From assembly GCA_964625745.1 (NCBI GenBank), contig CAZVCJ010000004.1:1289-65288 (forward strand): 64,000 nt of DNA. Direction: 5' to 3'. Shown here one piece after another: positions 17,045-26,074 of this stretch (position 1 is the first letter of the stretch; the number at the start of each line of letters is the position of its first letter). The notes beneath the pieces were generated by a model that made no database searches, had not been told where the DNA came from, and was given only the letters and a program-made list of their open reading frames with translations. This stretch comes from an uncultured Anaerolineae bacterium (GTDB lineage: Bacteria > Chloroflexota > Anaerolineae > VGOG01). Both the position numbers and the translations under genes were made by a program.

Positions 17045-17732
17045 GACCTTCTCCCTTGCTCCCCTGAGGGTAGCTTTGCCAAAAGGACGTCTCCTCCAGC
17101 CATGTCTTGAGCTCTTCCAGGACCTGGGCTGTGCCGGCCTCATGGGAATCCTCTCCTCTCGCTGCCTCCTCTGGGAGGAAACGGAACAGGGGCTCAGCTT
17201 CATGGTGATCAGGCCCGCAGACGTGCCCGTCTACGTGGAGCACGGTGCGGCTGACCTGGGGATCGTTGGTCGTGACGTATTACGCGAGGAGCAGCGGGAT
17301 GTCTACGAGCCCATGAGCCTGGGCTTCGGTCGCTGCCGGCTGGTGGTGGCCGGGCCGCCTGAGATCCGCCACGAGAACCTGCATCTGCGCCACCGGCTGC
17401 GAGTGGCCACCAAGTATCCTCGCCTGGCCCGCCAGTACTTCCTGAAACAAGGCATCTCAGCCGAGGTGGTCAGCCTCTCAGGCTCGGTGGAATTGGCCCC
17501 CCAGGTGGGCCTGGCCGATCTGGTCGTTGATATGGTGGATACGGGCCGCACCCTGCGCGAGAACAACCTGGTGGAGATTGATGAGATCATGTCCTCCGAA
17601 GCCTGCCTGATCGTGAACCGCGCCGGCCACAAGCTCAGGCTGAAGGAGATCAACCTCCTGATGAGGCGGATCGCGGACGCAACAAGTGTCATTGCGAGCC
17701 CCGCAGGGGCGAAGCAATCTCCTCCGGGCTAA
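17037..17732 (+). CDS. hisG: ATP phosphoribosyltransferase, short form
   Basis: LRVALPKGRL and VDMVDTGRTLRENNL. The ORF track starts at TTG 17031; ATG 17037 is preferred. The last ~15 codons and the stop lie inside repeat 17688-17938. Confidence 0.9.
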   Translation: MSETFSLAPLRVALPKGRLLQPCLELFQDLGCAGLMGILSSRCLLWEETEQGLSFMVIRPADVPVYVEHGAADLGIVGRDVLREEQRDVYEPMSLGFGRCRLVVAGPPEIRHENLHLRHRLRVATKYPRLARQYFLKQGISAEVVSLSGSVELAPQVGLADLVVDMVDTGRTLRENNLVEIDEIMSSEACLIVNRAGHKLRLKEINLLMRRIADATSVIASPAGAKQSPPG

Positions 17733-17938
17733 GTGAGATAGGGATTGCTTCGTCGCTCCGCTCCTACCCAGAAACTTCCCCACACCCCCGCTCTCTCCCC
17801 AAAGGGGCGAGGGGGCAAGTCCCCTCTCCCTCGCAGGGAGAGGGTTAGAGCCTGCCCTGAGTGGAGCGAAGGGGTGAGGGTGGGATGTTTTTGCCCCTAC
17901 GGATATGGCGCGATGCGCCATGGAAGACTCGCAATGAC
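17688..17938. repeat. composite MITE-like repeat filling the hisG-hisC spacer
   Basis: Terminal inverted repeat: gtcattgcgag (17688-17698) with ctcgcaatgac (17928-17938). Internal hairpin: cgaagcaatc/gattgcttcg. One 43-nt unit (ggggcgagggggcaag...cctcgcagggagagggtt) at 17804-17846. Confidence 0.75.
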
Positions 17939-17960
17939 GCAGACGGCGTGATCGTGGGAG

Positions 17961-19103
17961 ATGAACTGGATGACTGCCTTCAACGTTGAGGATTTGCTCA
18001 GACCTGACATCTACGAGATGGAAGAATACACGCCCATTGAGCCGCTCGAGGTGTTGAGCGCGCGTTTGGGCTTGCCTGCGGAGCGCATCATCAAGCTGGA
18101 CGGTAACGAGAACCCCTACGGCCCGTCACCGCGAGCCCTGGCAGCCCTGGCCGATTACCGGGGTTACCACATCTATCCGGATCCTGAGCACACCCTGCTG
18201 CGGGAGGCCATCCAGGACTACGTCGGCGTGGATAAGGCCCACATCATGTTCGGCAACGGCTCCGATGAACTCATTGACCTGGTCATGCGCCTCTTCCTGG
18301 GGTCGGGGGAGGCCATCATCAACTGCCCGCCCACCTTCGGCATGTACTCCTTCGACGCCGCTATCTGCGGGGCGCAGGTGGTACGTGTTCCTCGTCGGGC
18401 CGATTTCTCCCTCGACGTGGAAGCGATACGCCGGCAGGTTCTTGACCACCCGACCACCCGACCATCCGACCATCTGACCAAGAAGTTGTTGTTCGTGAAT
18501 TCCCCCAACAACCCCGACGGCAGCTTGACCTCGCGGGAGGATCTGTTGCAGTTGCTGGAGCTTCCCCTGGTGGTAATCATTGATGAAGCCTATGCAGAGT
18601 TCAGCGGCACCAGCCTGGTTGATCTGGTGCCTGAGCATCCCAACCTCATCGTGCTCAGGACCTTCAGCAAGTGGGCAGGGCTGGCTGGCCTGCGGATCGG
18701 ATACGGCGTCTTCCCGCTGGGCATCATCCGGCACCTGTGGAAGATCAAGCAGCCCTACAACGTCAACGTGGCCGCTCAAGCCGCAGCCCTGGCCTCACTG
18801 GAGGATCTGGAGTACCTGCAAGCTAACGTGCAGCGGATCGTGGCCGAGCGGGAGAGGCTTTGTGCCGAGTTGGGGAAGCTCGACTTCCTGCATCCTTACC
18901 CCAGTCAGAGTAATTTCATCTTGTGCCGAGTCCTGGGGCGGGATGCTCGTCAGCTCAAGCTGTCTCTGGAGAGGGAGGGGATTCTCATACGCTATTTCGG
19001 CAAGCCTGGTCTCAGGGATTGCATCCGCATCAGCGTCGGCAAACCCGATCAGACGGAAGCCTTGCTCCAAGCGCTGCGCAGACCGTCATTGCGAGGAGCG
19101 TAG
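17961..19103 (+). CDS. hisC: histidinol-phosphate aminotransferase
   Basis: 380 aa. [33 protein letters not shown] (PLP lysine). The stop lies inside the repeat starting at 19085. Confidence 0.92.
   Translation: MNWMTAFNVEDLLRPDIYEMEEYTPIEPLEVLSARLGLPAERIIKLDGNENPYGPSPRALAALADYRGYHIYPDPEHTLLREAIQDYVGVDKAHIMFGNGSDELIDLVMRLFLGSGEAIINCPPTFGMYSFDAAICGAQVVRVPRRADFSLDVEAIRRQVLDHPTTRPSDHLTKKLLFVNSPNNPDGSLTSREDLLQLLELPLVVIIDEAYAEFSGTSLVDLVPEHPNLIVLRTFSKWAGLAGLRIGYGVFPLGIIRHLWKIKQPYNVNVAAQAAALASLEDLEYLQANVQRIVAERERLCAELGKLDFLHPYPSQSNFILCRVLGRDARQLKLSLEREGILIRYFGKPGLRDCIRISVGKPDQTEALLQALRRPSLRGA
18444..18480. repeat. period-8 tandem repeat (GACCACCC x ~4.5) in-frame in hisC
   Basis: Sequence: gaccaccc gaccaccc gaccatcc gaccatct gacca. 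Peptide: [12 protein letters not shown]. Confidence 0.9.
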
Positions 19104-19390
19104 CGACGCTTGTCCTGAGCTTGTCGAAGGGAAGCAACCCCCTCCGTGGTGGAGATTGCTTCGCCACTCAGAAATCTCCCCTCACCCCTGCCCTCGCCCC
19201 AAGGGGGCGAGGGGGTAAGTTCCCTTTCCCTCGCAGGGAAAGGGTTGGGGCGAGGGGGCAAGTTCCCTTTCCCTCGCAGGGAAAGGGTTGGGGCGAGGGG
19301 GCAAGTTCCCTTTTCCTCGCAGGGAGAGGGTTGGGGCGAGGGGGCAAGTTCCCTCTCCCTCATAGGGAGAGGGTTAGGGTGAGGGTGAAA
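19085..19390. repeat. composite repeat filling the hisC-hisB spacer, including a 4 x 43-nt tandem array (19204-19375)
   Basis: Modules, in order: gtcattgcgag...tgtcctgagcttgtcgaaggga...gagattgcttcg, then 4 head-to-tail units (ggggcgagggggcaagttCCCTTTCCCTcgcAGGGAAAGGGtt) starting at 19204, 19247, 19290 and 19333. Each unit holds a 10-bp hairpin. Confidence 0.9.
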
Positions 19391-19414
19391 TGACACACCC
19401 ATAGGTGAGAAAAC

Positions 19415-20008
19415 ATGAACGAAAACCGCACGGCGAAGGTTCATCGTCAAACAAAAGAAACCCAGGTGGAGGTGGTGCTAAGCCTGGATGGAAGGGGCGA
19501 GTACGAGATCGAGACCGGGGTAGGCTTCCTCGATCATGCGCTCTCCCATCTGGCCCTCCACGGCCTTTTCGACCTGACGGTGCGCGCCCAGGGCGACCTG
19601 GAGGTGGACGAGCATCACACGGTGGAGGACGTGGCCATCTGCCTGGGGAAGGCCCTCGACGAGGCCCTGGGGGAGCGAGCGGGCATCGTGCGCATGGCCC
19701 ATAGTTACGTGCCCATGGATGAGGCCCTGGCTTTCGTGGCCCTCGACCTGGGGGGACGGGCTTACGCGGTGGTGAAAGCCGATTTCGCCACCCCTCGCGT
19801 CGGGGGTTTGGCCACCAGCCTCATTCCGCATTTCCTGGAGACCCTGGCCTACCACGCCCGCATGAACCTGCACGCCCGCGTCGTCTACGGCCGCGATGAC
19901 CATCACAAGGCTGAGGCTCTGTTCAAGGCGTTGGGGCGGGCGCTGGGCGTGGCGACCAGGATCGAGCCTCGCCGCGCCGATGTGCCCTCCACCAAAGGGA
20001 TTCTATAG
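19415..20008 (+). CDS. hisB: imidazoleglycerol-phosphate dehydratase
   Basis: 197 aa. [10 protein letters not shown] and [10 protein letters not shown] metal-binding motifs. Confidence 0.95.
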   Translation: MNENRTAKVHRQTKETQVEVVLSLDGRGEYEIETGVGFLDHALSHLALHGLFDLTVRAQGDLEVDEHHTVEDVAICLGKALDEALGERAGIVRMAHSYVPMDEALAFVALDLGGRAYAVVKADFATPRVGGLATSLIPHFLETLAYHARMNLHARVVYGRDDHHKAEALFKALGRALGVATRIEPRRADVPSTKGIL

Positions 20009-20044
20009 GCCTATTAACCACTAAGTCACGAAGACACAAAGGAA

Positions 20045-20443
20045 ATGCAGATGAAATATGCTCCTATCTCTGACGAAGAAGAACGTATCGCCAAAATGAT
20101 TGTAGGCTCTGCTTATGCTGTTCACAAAACCCTCGGCCCTGGCTTGCTGGAGAATGTCTATGAAGTTTGCTTCTGTCATGAATTGACCAAATGCGGTCTG
20201 TCCTTTCTCCGACAAGTTGTTGTGCCGATTGTGTACGATGGCATAACGTTCGATGAGGGGCTGCGACTGGACGTGTTGGTAGAGGATTTGGTCATTTGTG
20301 AGTTGAAAGCAGCACAGACGATGCATCCCGTTTTCCTGGCTCAGCTCTTGACCCAGTTGAAGTTGACTGGGAAGCGGCTTGGTTTTCTGATCAATTTCAA
20401 TGTGCCGCTGATCAAACATGGCATCAAGCGAGTAGTTTTGTAA
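20045..20443 (+). CDS. GxxExxY family protein (PD-(D/E)XK-like) inserted in the his cluster
   Basis: 132 aa with GPGLLENVYEVCFCHEL...DVLVEDLVICELKA. Visibly more AT-rich than its neighbours. Flanked by cacgaagacacaaag / cttcgtgtcttggtgtctttgtgg words. Confidence 0.85.
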   Translation: MQMKYAPISDEEERIAKMIVGSAYAVHKTLGPGLLENVYEVCFCHELTKCGLSFLRQVVVPIVYDGITFDEGLRLDVLVEDLVICELKAAQTMHPVFLAQLLTQLKLTGKRLGFLINFNVPLIKHGIKRVVL

Positions 20444-20502
20444 TCTTCGTGTCTTGGTGTCTTTGTGGTAGAAAGGTGTGGTAGACAGGTACGGCAGAGA
20501 AG

Positions 20503-21111
20503 ATGATCGCCATTATTGACTACGGAGTGGGGAACCTGCGTAGCGTCCAGAGGGCCTTTGAGTACGTGGGAGCTGAGGTGACAGTCACCGCCCACCGGGA
20601 GACCATCGAATCGGCGTCGGCAGTGGTGCTGCCTGGGGTGGGAGCCTTCGGCAAAGCGATGTCCAATCTGGAGCGGGCAGGGCTGACTGATGTCATCTGC
20701 CAGGTCATCGCCCAAGGGCGCCCCTTCCTGGGCATCTGCCTGGGTTTGCAGCTCCTGTTCGAGGAGAGCGATGAGATGGGCCAGCACCGGGGCCTGAGCG
20801 TCTTTGGCGGCAGCGTCAAGCGTTTCGAGGTCGGCCTCAAGGTGCCCCAGATCGGCTGGAACCAGATTCACATCCAGCGGGCCAGCCCTCTGTTGGAAGG
20901 TGTAGCCGACGGTAGCTACGCCTATTTCGTCCATTCCTACCACGTCGCTCCCGCTGATCCCGAAATCGTCCTGGCTACCACCGACTATGAGATTGACTAC
21001 GCCTCCATCATCGGCCAGGGCAGCGTCTTCGGCATCCAGTTCCATCCTGAGAAGAGCCAGGCGGTGGGGCTGAGGATTCTGCGCAATTTCACGGCGTTAG
21101 TTGGGGATTAA
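20503..21111 (+). CDS. hisH: imidazole glycerol phosphate synthase, glutamine amidotransferase subunit
   Basis: 202 aa. GVGAFG, GICLGLQLL (Cys nucleophile), HSY, QFHPEKS. Confidence 0.95.
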   Translation: MIAIIDYGVGNLRSVQRAFEYVGAEVTVTAHRETIESASAVVLPGVGAFGKAMSNLERAGLTDVICQVIAQGRPFLGICLGLQLLFEESDEMGQHRGLSVFGGSVKRFEVGLKVPQIGWNQIHIQRASPLLEGVADGSYAYFVHSYHVAPADPEIVLATTDYEIDYASIIGQGSVFGIQFHPEKSQAVGLRILRNFTALVGD

Positions 21112-21113
21112 CT

Positions 21114-21977
21114 ATGATCGTCTTTCCTGCCATTGATCTGCGTCAGGGAAAGTGTGTCCGCCTGCGTCAAGGGCGCCCCGAGGCGGAAACCGTCTTCTCT
21201 GATGATCCCGTGGCCATGGCTGAGCATTGGGTCTCCCAGGGCGCCGGGTGGCTCCACGTGGTGAACCTCGATGGTGCCTTCGGCCAGGCTTCATCGCCCC
21301 CCCTCGGTCCCCCCCAAAGTTGGGGGGGAAGTTCCAGGAATCTACGGGTGGTCGAGGAGATAATAAGCTCCAACTTCCAACCCTTCGGCTACGCTCAGGC
21401 CAGGCCTCCAACCTCCAACCTCCAAATCCAGTTCGGCGGCGGCCTGCGCACTATGGCCGACATCGAGCAGGCGTTGGAGTTGGGTCTGGACCGAGTCATT
21501 CTGGGAACGGTAGCAGTGGAAGAGCCGAGCCTGGTGGCCGAGGCTGTCCAGCGCTTTGGAGCCGAGCGAATCGTGGTAGGCATTGATGCTCGAAAGGGAA
21601 AAGTAGCCACCCACGGTTGGCGGCAGGTCTCATCCGTCGCTGCTACTGAGCTGGCTCTTCGAGTGAGGGAACTGGGTGTGGAGCGCGTCGTCTACACCGA
21701 CATCGCCCGCGACGGAATGCTCAGCGGAGTCAACGTCGAAGCCACCAGGGAGTTGGCTCAGCACACAGGGTTGAAGATCATCGCCTCAGGAGGCGTTTCC
21801 TCATTGAATGACCTGCGTCGCCTTAAGGAAGCCGAGGCGAGCGGGGTGGAGGGCGTCATCATTGGCCAGGCGCTGTACAGTGGGGCGCTGGAATTGCGGG
21901 AGGCGATAGAGATAGCGAGCGAATCGGCGAATCAGCGAGCGAGTCAGCGAATTGAGGGAGTGAGGTCAGGATGTTAG
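21114..21977 (+). CDS. hisA: ProFAR isomerase (HisA) carrying two in-frame repeat insertions
   Basis: [34 protein letters not shown]. About 25-30 extra residues lie between DGA and GGG compared with what I recall of typical HisA. Confidence 0.9.
   Translation: MIVFPAIDLRQGKCVRLRQGRPEAETVFSDDPVAMAEHWVSQGAGWLHVVNLDGAFGQASSPPLGPPQSWGGSSRNLRVVEEIISSNFQPFGYAQARPPTSNLQIQFGGGLRTMADIEQALELGLDRVILGTVAVEEPSLVAEAVQRFGAERIVVGIDARKGKVATHGWRQVSSVAATELALRVRELGVERVVYTDIARDGMLSGVNVEATRELAQHTGLKIIASGGVSSLNDLRRLKEAEASGVEGVIIGQALYSGALELREAIEIASESANQRASQRIEGVRSGC
21295..21328. repeat. short C7/G7 palindromic element in-frame in hisA (opposite orientation to the hisZ copy)
   Basis: Sequence: cgC7-tcggt-C7-aaagtt-G7. 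Peptide: [13 protein letters not shown]. Confidence 0.85.
21368..21430. repeat. 'ccaacccttcggctacgctcaggccaggcctccaa' module with TCCAACC heptamer flanks, in-frame in hisA
   Basis: Peptide: [22 protein letters not shown]. Same family as 2346-2470. Confidence 0.85.
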
Positions 21978-22759
21978 CTAAGCGGATCATACCCTGTTTA
22001 GATGTCAAAGACGGGCGGGTGGTCAAGGGGATCAATTTCGTCAACCTGCGGGACGCGGGAGATCCAGTGGAGCAGGCCCAGGTCTACGATGCCGAGCGAG
22101 CCGATGAGTTGGTCTTTTTGGACATCACGGCCTCCCACGAGCGGCGCGATATCACCATCGAGATGGTGCGCCACGTAGCCGACACCGTCTTCATTCCCTT
22201 CACCGTGGGCGGGGGTATTCGCACCATTGAGGACATCAGGGCCATCCTGATGGCTGGCGCCGACAAAGTCTCGATCAACACCGCGGCGGTCAAGAATCCA
22301 TCGTTGATCACCGAAGGGGCGAAACACTTCGGCAGCCAGTGCATCGTGGTGGCGATTGATGCCAAGCGAGTAGTAACAACGGACACATGGATTAAACGGA
22401 CTGGGGCTCCTCAGTGGGAGGTCTATATCAACGGTGGACGTACGCCGATGGGGCTTGATGCTGTAGAGTGGGCTAAGGAGGTGGACGAGCGAGGGGCGGG
22501 GGAGATCCTGCTCACCAGCATGGACTGCGACGGCACTCAGGAGGGCTACGATATCGAGTTGACTAGAGCCATCGCCGAGGCTGTATCCATCCCCGTCATC
22601 GCCTCAGGTGGGGCGGGCAAGCTGGAGCACTTCCACCAGGTTCTTACCGTGGGCCAGGCCGATGCTGCTCTGGTCGCTTCCCTCTTTCACTACAAGCAGT
22701 TGACCATAGCCCAGGTGAAGGAGTACCTGGCGGCGCAAGGTGTGCCAGTTAGATTGTAG
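21971..22759 (+). CDS. hisF: imidazole glycerol phosphate synthase, cyclase subunit
   Basis: 262 aa. [33 protein letters not shown]. Confidence 0.95.
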   Translation: MLAKRIIPCLDVKDGRVVKGINFVNLRDAGDPVEQAQVYDAERADELVFLDITASHERRDITIEMVRHVADTVFIPFTVGGGIRTIEDIRAILMAGADKVSINTAAVKNPSLITEGAKHFGSQCIVVAIDAKRVVTTDTWIKRTGAPQWEVYINGGRTPMGLDAVEWAKEVDERGAGEILLTSMDCDGTQEGYDIELTRAIAEAVSIPVIASGGAGKLEHFHQVLTVGQADAALVASLFHYKQLTIAQVKEYLAAQGVPVRL

Positions 22760-22775
22760 CCATCGGGGGTGACCA

Positions 22776-23114
22776 GTGGAATTGAAAGCAGAGATCAAAT
22801 GGGACGACCGGGGCCTGGTGCCGGCCATCGTCCAGGACGCGCAAACGGACCAGGTGCTGATGCTGGCCTACATGAACCAACTGGCCCTGGAAAAGAGCAT
22901 CTCCACGGGTGAGACCCATTTCTGGAGCCGCAGCCGGTCGGAGTTGTGGCACAAAGGCGCCACCTCTGGCCACACCCAACGCATCGTGGAAATACGCTAC
23001 GATTGCGATGCTGACACCTTGCTGCTCCGTGTCGAGCCGCGCGGCCCGGCCTGCCACACCGGCCACCAAAGTTGCTTCTATCGCTGCTTGTGGGAGAAAG
23101 AGAGCACTGCATGA
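22776..23114 (+). CDS. hisI: phosphoribosyl-AMP cyclohydrolase
   Basis: 112 aa. [35 protein letters not shown] start. Confidence 0.9.
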   Translation: MELKAEIKWDDRGLVPAIVQDAQTDQVLMLAYMNQLALEKSISTGETHFWSRSRSELWHKGATSGHTQRIVEIRYDCDADTLLLRVEPRGPACHTGHQSCFYRCLWEKESTA

Positions 23115-23127
23115 CATTGGCCTTTCC

Positions 23128-23163
23128 CCCTCCCTCCTCTTGGGTTTGGGAGAGGGAGGAGGG
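23128..23163. repeat. imperfect CCCTCC/GGAGGG palindrome in the hisI-hisE spacer
   Basis: Sequence: ccctccctcctct-tgggtttggg-agagggaggaggg. Confidence 0.6.
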
Positions 23164-23183
23164 CTGGGGGGAGGGTGAGGGCT

Positions 23184-23465
23184 ATGAGCACCATACTAGA
23201 AGACTTGTTCAACGTCATTCAGGACCGCAAAGTCAATCCCAGGGAAGGCTCCTATACCTGCCACCTTTTCGCCGCAGGGGAAAACGAGATCCTCAAGAAG
23301 ATGGGCGAGGAGGTGGTGGAAACCATCGTGGCAGCCAAGGGGGAAGACGATGAGCGATTGGTCTACGAGGTGGCCGATCTCCTCTATCATACCCTGGTGC
23401 TCCTGGCCTACCGCGACATCGAGCTGGCCGACGTGGAAGACGAACTGGCCAGGCGATTCAGGTGA
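23184..23465 (+). CDS. hisE: phosphoribosyl-ATP pyrophosphatase
   Basis: [31 protein letters not shown]. The ORF track starts at GTG 23175; ATG 23184 is preferred. Confidence 0.88.
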   Translation: MSTILEDLFNVIQDRKVNPREGSYTCHLFAAGENEILKKMGEEVVETIVAAKGEDDERLVYEVADLLYHTLVLLAYRDIELADVEDELARRFR

Positions 23466-23502
23466 GTTTTAGTCGATTTGTATCCAGAAAGGAGAAAGCG
23501 AA

Positions 23503-25389
23503 ATGAACAATGAAGCATCGAGAAGGCTTGCTGTAGGCATCTGCTTGCTGCTGCTAACCCTGACTTCTCCCGGCAGGGGAAACGATGCAACTGCGGGTAG
23601 TGCCCATGAGGATCTGATGAGTACAGAGACAACCGCCCCGACAACAGTGGTGACTACATCTGGATCAACCGTGCAATCTCAGACGAGATCTTCCTGGTCG
23701 TGTCTCCCTCGCTACAGTGAGCCGGAAACGATCCTAACCCTGTACCGACCAACCGATCTACACCACATGGTTTCTGCCGACTTCACTGGCGATGGCTGGC
23801 CGGATGTCGTTCTAGCGAGGGCGCTTTGGCAAAGTGACGAAATCTTCGAACTGGATATCCTGCTAAACGATGGGGACGGGAACCTGGTGTTGGGAACATC
23901 CGAGATCTTCTCGGGAACGGTCCCCTCTGTGATGGATGCACGCGAATTGGTGCTGGCCGACTTCAACGGGGATGGCCGTGCTGACATATTCTTTGCCGAT
24001 GAGGGAAACGATAGCCCTCAGGGGACTGGGTATCAGAACACGCTGGTATTGTCAGCGCCTGGTGGCAAGTTGGTGGATGCTACTGACAATCTACCTCAAC
24101 AGAGTGCTTTTACGCACTCTGCCGCCGCCGCTGACATTGACGGGGATGAGGACGTTGACCTTTACGTTGGAAACCTGTGGGGATATACCCCTCAGATTCT
24201 GCTGAACGCGGGAGGCAATGCCGTGTTTACCGTGGCGACAGGGCGTCTCCCATTTCCAGTGGAAGACACTGATTACGGTGCATACACGACCAGTGAGTTT
24301 GTCGATGTTAATAACGATACCTTCCCGGACCTGATACTTGGTGACGCGGGTGATGATCTAGAAGGAGGGCCCGATTCTCTGGTGCTGTTGAACGACGGTA
24401 CCGGCCATTTCTCGATTCTGGCTAACGCAATCCCGTCGAAACCGTTTGCAGAAACGGACATAGCCCTGGACATTGACGCGGACGACATCAACGGCGATGG
24501 ATATCAGGATCTATTCATCGTTTTCACAAAGGACGATCCCTTTTACATGGGCAGGTACATCCAGATACTGATAAACAACCAAGACGGCACCTTCCGCGAC
24601 GAAACCCCTGCGCGATTGCCGCAGTCCGATAACGATGATCCCTGGATCAAGTGGGTCTATCTGCTTGACCTTGATATGGATGGGCATCTTGACATCGTGG
24701 CAACCCCGTTGGGGCCGCCAGGGCCCCTGTTTTACCTTAACAACGGGGATGGCACCTTCCGTCCACTGCCCAACGTGTTCAACATCGGAACTGACAATCT
24801 ATTCACGTTTCTTGACATTGATCAGGATGGGTTTCTTGATGTCCTCTGGTCCTGGGGCGGATGCCAACATGGGGCCTGTCCCGAGGATCATTTCCTTGTC
24901 CGTGCTCTTGGTTGTCCCGTGTTCTTGCCCCTGGTGCTCAAGAACTTCTATCCTTCGCAGCCAACGCCCACTCCCACCCAGCCGGTTGAGTCGGTGATAG
25001 TCCACCTTGCACAGGGTGACGCGTGGGTCCCAGCCGGTACCCCGATTATCCTGGCAACTCGCTGGATAGTAGACCAGCCAGGGCTCGTAGATGACTATCT
25101 GGCCTCGTTGGATCTCACGGTCACTTTGGATGGCGAGCCGCTGCCCGGCGTGATGGATTATTGGGGCGGGGTAGAGGAGTATGGAGACTTCGACGGAGAT
25201 GGAGACACCGACTACGTGTCGAACTGGGAGTATTCCGTGGGGGTGCTCAGTTCGGGAACCCACCAGGTTGAATCCGAATTCTATCTTCAGCGGCCCATCA
25301 CGGATGGATTTGATCTGGACGAGGATGGTGTCCCAGACGTGTACAGTGGCTCATGGGAGTACTTCCTGCAGATCACAGTTGGAGAATGA
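23503..25389 (+). CDS. secreted FG-GAP/VCBS repeat protein
   Basis: 628 aa with a signal peptide. Repeated ADFNGDGRADIFF / DIDGDEDVDLYVG / DINGDGYQDLF / DLDMDGHLDIV / DIDQDGFLDV. Internal PVFLPLVLKNFYPSQPTPTPT, followed by an extra ~140-aa domain. Confidence 0.8.
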   Translation: MNNEASRRLAVGICLLLLTLTSPGRGNDATAGSAHEDLMSTETTAPTTVVTTSGSTVQSQTRSSWSCLPRYSEPETILTLYRPTDLHHMVSADFTGDGWPDVVLARALWQSDEIFELDILLNDGDGNLVLGTSEIFSGTVPSVMDARELVLADFNGDGRADIFFADEGNDSPQGTGYQNTLVLSAPGGKLVDATDNLPQQSAFTHSAAAADIDGDEDVDLYVGNLWGYTPQILLNAGGNAVFTVATGRLPFPVEDTDYGAYTTSEFVDVNNDTFPDLILGDAGDDLEGGPDSLVLLNDGTGHFSILANAIPSKPFAETDIALDIDADDINGDGYQDLFIVFTKDDPFYMGRYIQILINNQDGTFRDETPARLPQSDNDDPWIKWVYLLDLDMDGHLDIVATPLGPPGPLFYLNNGDGTFRPLPNVFNIGTDNLFTFLDIDQDGFLDVLWSWGGCQHGACPEDHFLVRALGCPVFLPLVLKNFYPSQPTPTPTQPVESVIVHLAQGDAWVPAGTPIILATRWIVDQPGLVDDYLASLDLTVTLDGEPLPGVMDYWGGVEEYGDFDGDGDTDYVSNWEYSVGVLSSGTHQVESEFYLQRPITDGFDLDEDGVPDVYSGSWEYFLQITVGE

Positions 25390-25492
25390 GGGATGACGGC
25401 CAATGTCGTGCGGGACGGAACAGACCACTGGATATCAGCAATCATCGGTGCGATTTGCTGAGAATCGCGCCCCAGTCACACGAAGGAGTATC

Positions 25493-26041
25493 ATGTCAGA
25501 AGAAAACAAGGCCCTTGTTGATCGTCCCACCCAGGCGTTCAACGACGGCAACCTGGATGCCTTTGTCGGTCACATCGAAGGGGAGAGCATACGGCTGTGG
25601 TTGAACAACGGGTGCACTGTTTTCTACGACAGTGAGCAGGATATCGAAGTGGACGCCCGCCAGGTTGCGGAGGAGTCAGCGTCTTTTGGCCTGGGCTTCG
25701 GCCTTGGCTGGACCGAAACCAGCTACGAGGGTTATCAGTTCCGCATAGATCCCAATACCCAGCAATACCTGCTAGAGAAGAGAGACATGGACGGCACCTG
25801 GACCACCTTGCTCGACTGGACCTTCTCGTCGGCGATCCAGCAGGGCACGGCAAGCAACCATCTGCGCGTCGTCCGAGAAGGCGAAGACCTCAGCATGTAC
25901 GCTAACGGAACCCAGGTCGCCACGTACTACGAGCGCAGCTTCCTCGGTTCCGGGAGAGATGCCGGTGTCCGCGTCTACAGCCAGGACGCTGCCCCCGTTG
26001 ACGTCCGCTTCGACAACTTCCACGTGAGCTGTGTGCCGTAA
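25493..26041 (+). CDS. hypothetical protein
   Basis: The ORF track gives 25403-26041. ATG 25493 follows GAAGGAG. The C-terminal half is vaguely ConA/LamG-like (HLRVVREGEDLSMYANG...VRFDNFHV). Confidence 0.5.
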   Translation: MSEENKALVDRPTQAFNDGNLDAFVGHIEGESIRLWLNNGCTVFYDSEQDIEVDARQVAEESASFGLGFGLGWTETSYEGYQFRIDPNTQQYLLEKRDMDGTWTTLLDWTFSSAIQQGTASNHLRVVREGEDLSMYANGTQVATYYERSFLGSGRDAGVRVYSQDAAPVDVRFDNFHVSCVP

Positions 26042-26074
26042 TGTGGGCAGTTCAAATTCTTCTGGAGGAGCACA

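Noticed and set aside
19204-19375. The regular 43-nt repeat array looked CRISPR-like at first glance.
   Set aside because: The units are directly head-to-tail with no unique spacers. There are only 4 units, no cas genes are in the window, and the same unit occurs singly at 17804-17846. It is a tandem REP-like array.
26042-26074. I looked for a ZTP (pfl) riboswitch upstream of purH.
   Set aside because: The spacer is only 33 nt and contains just an RBS. There is no room for the aptamer.
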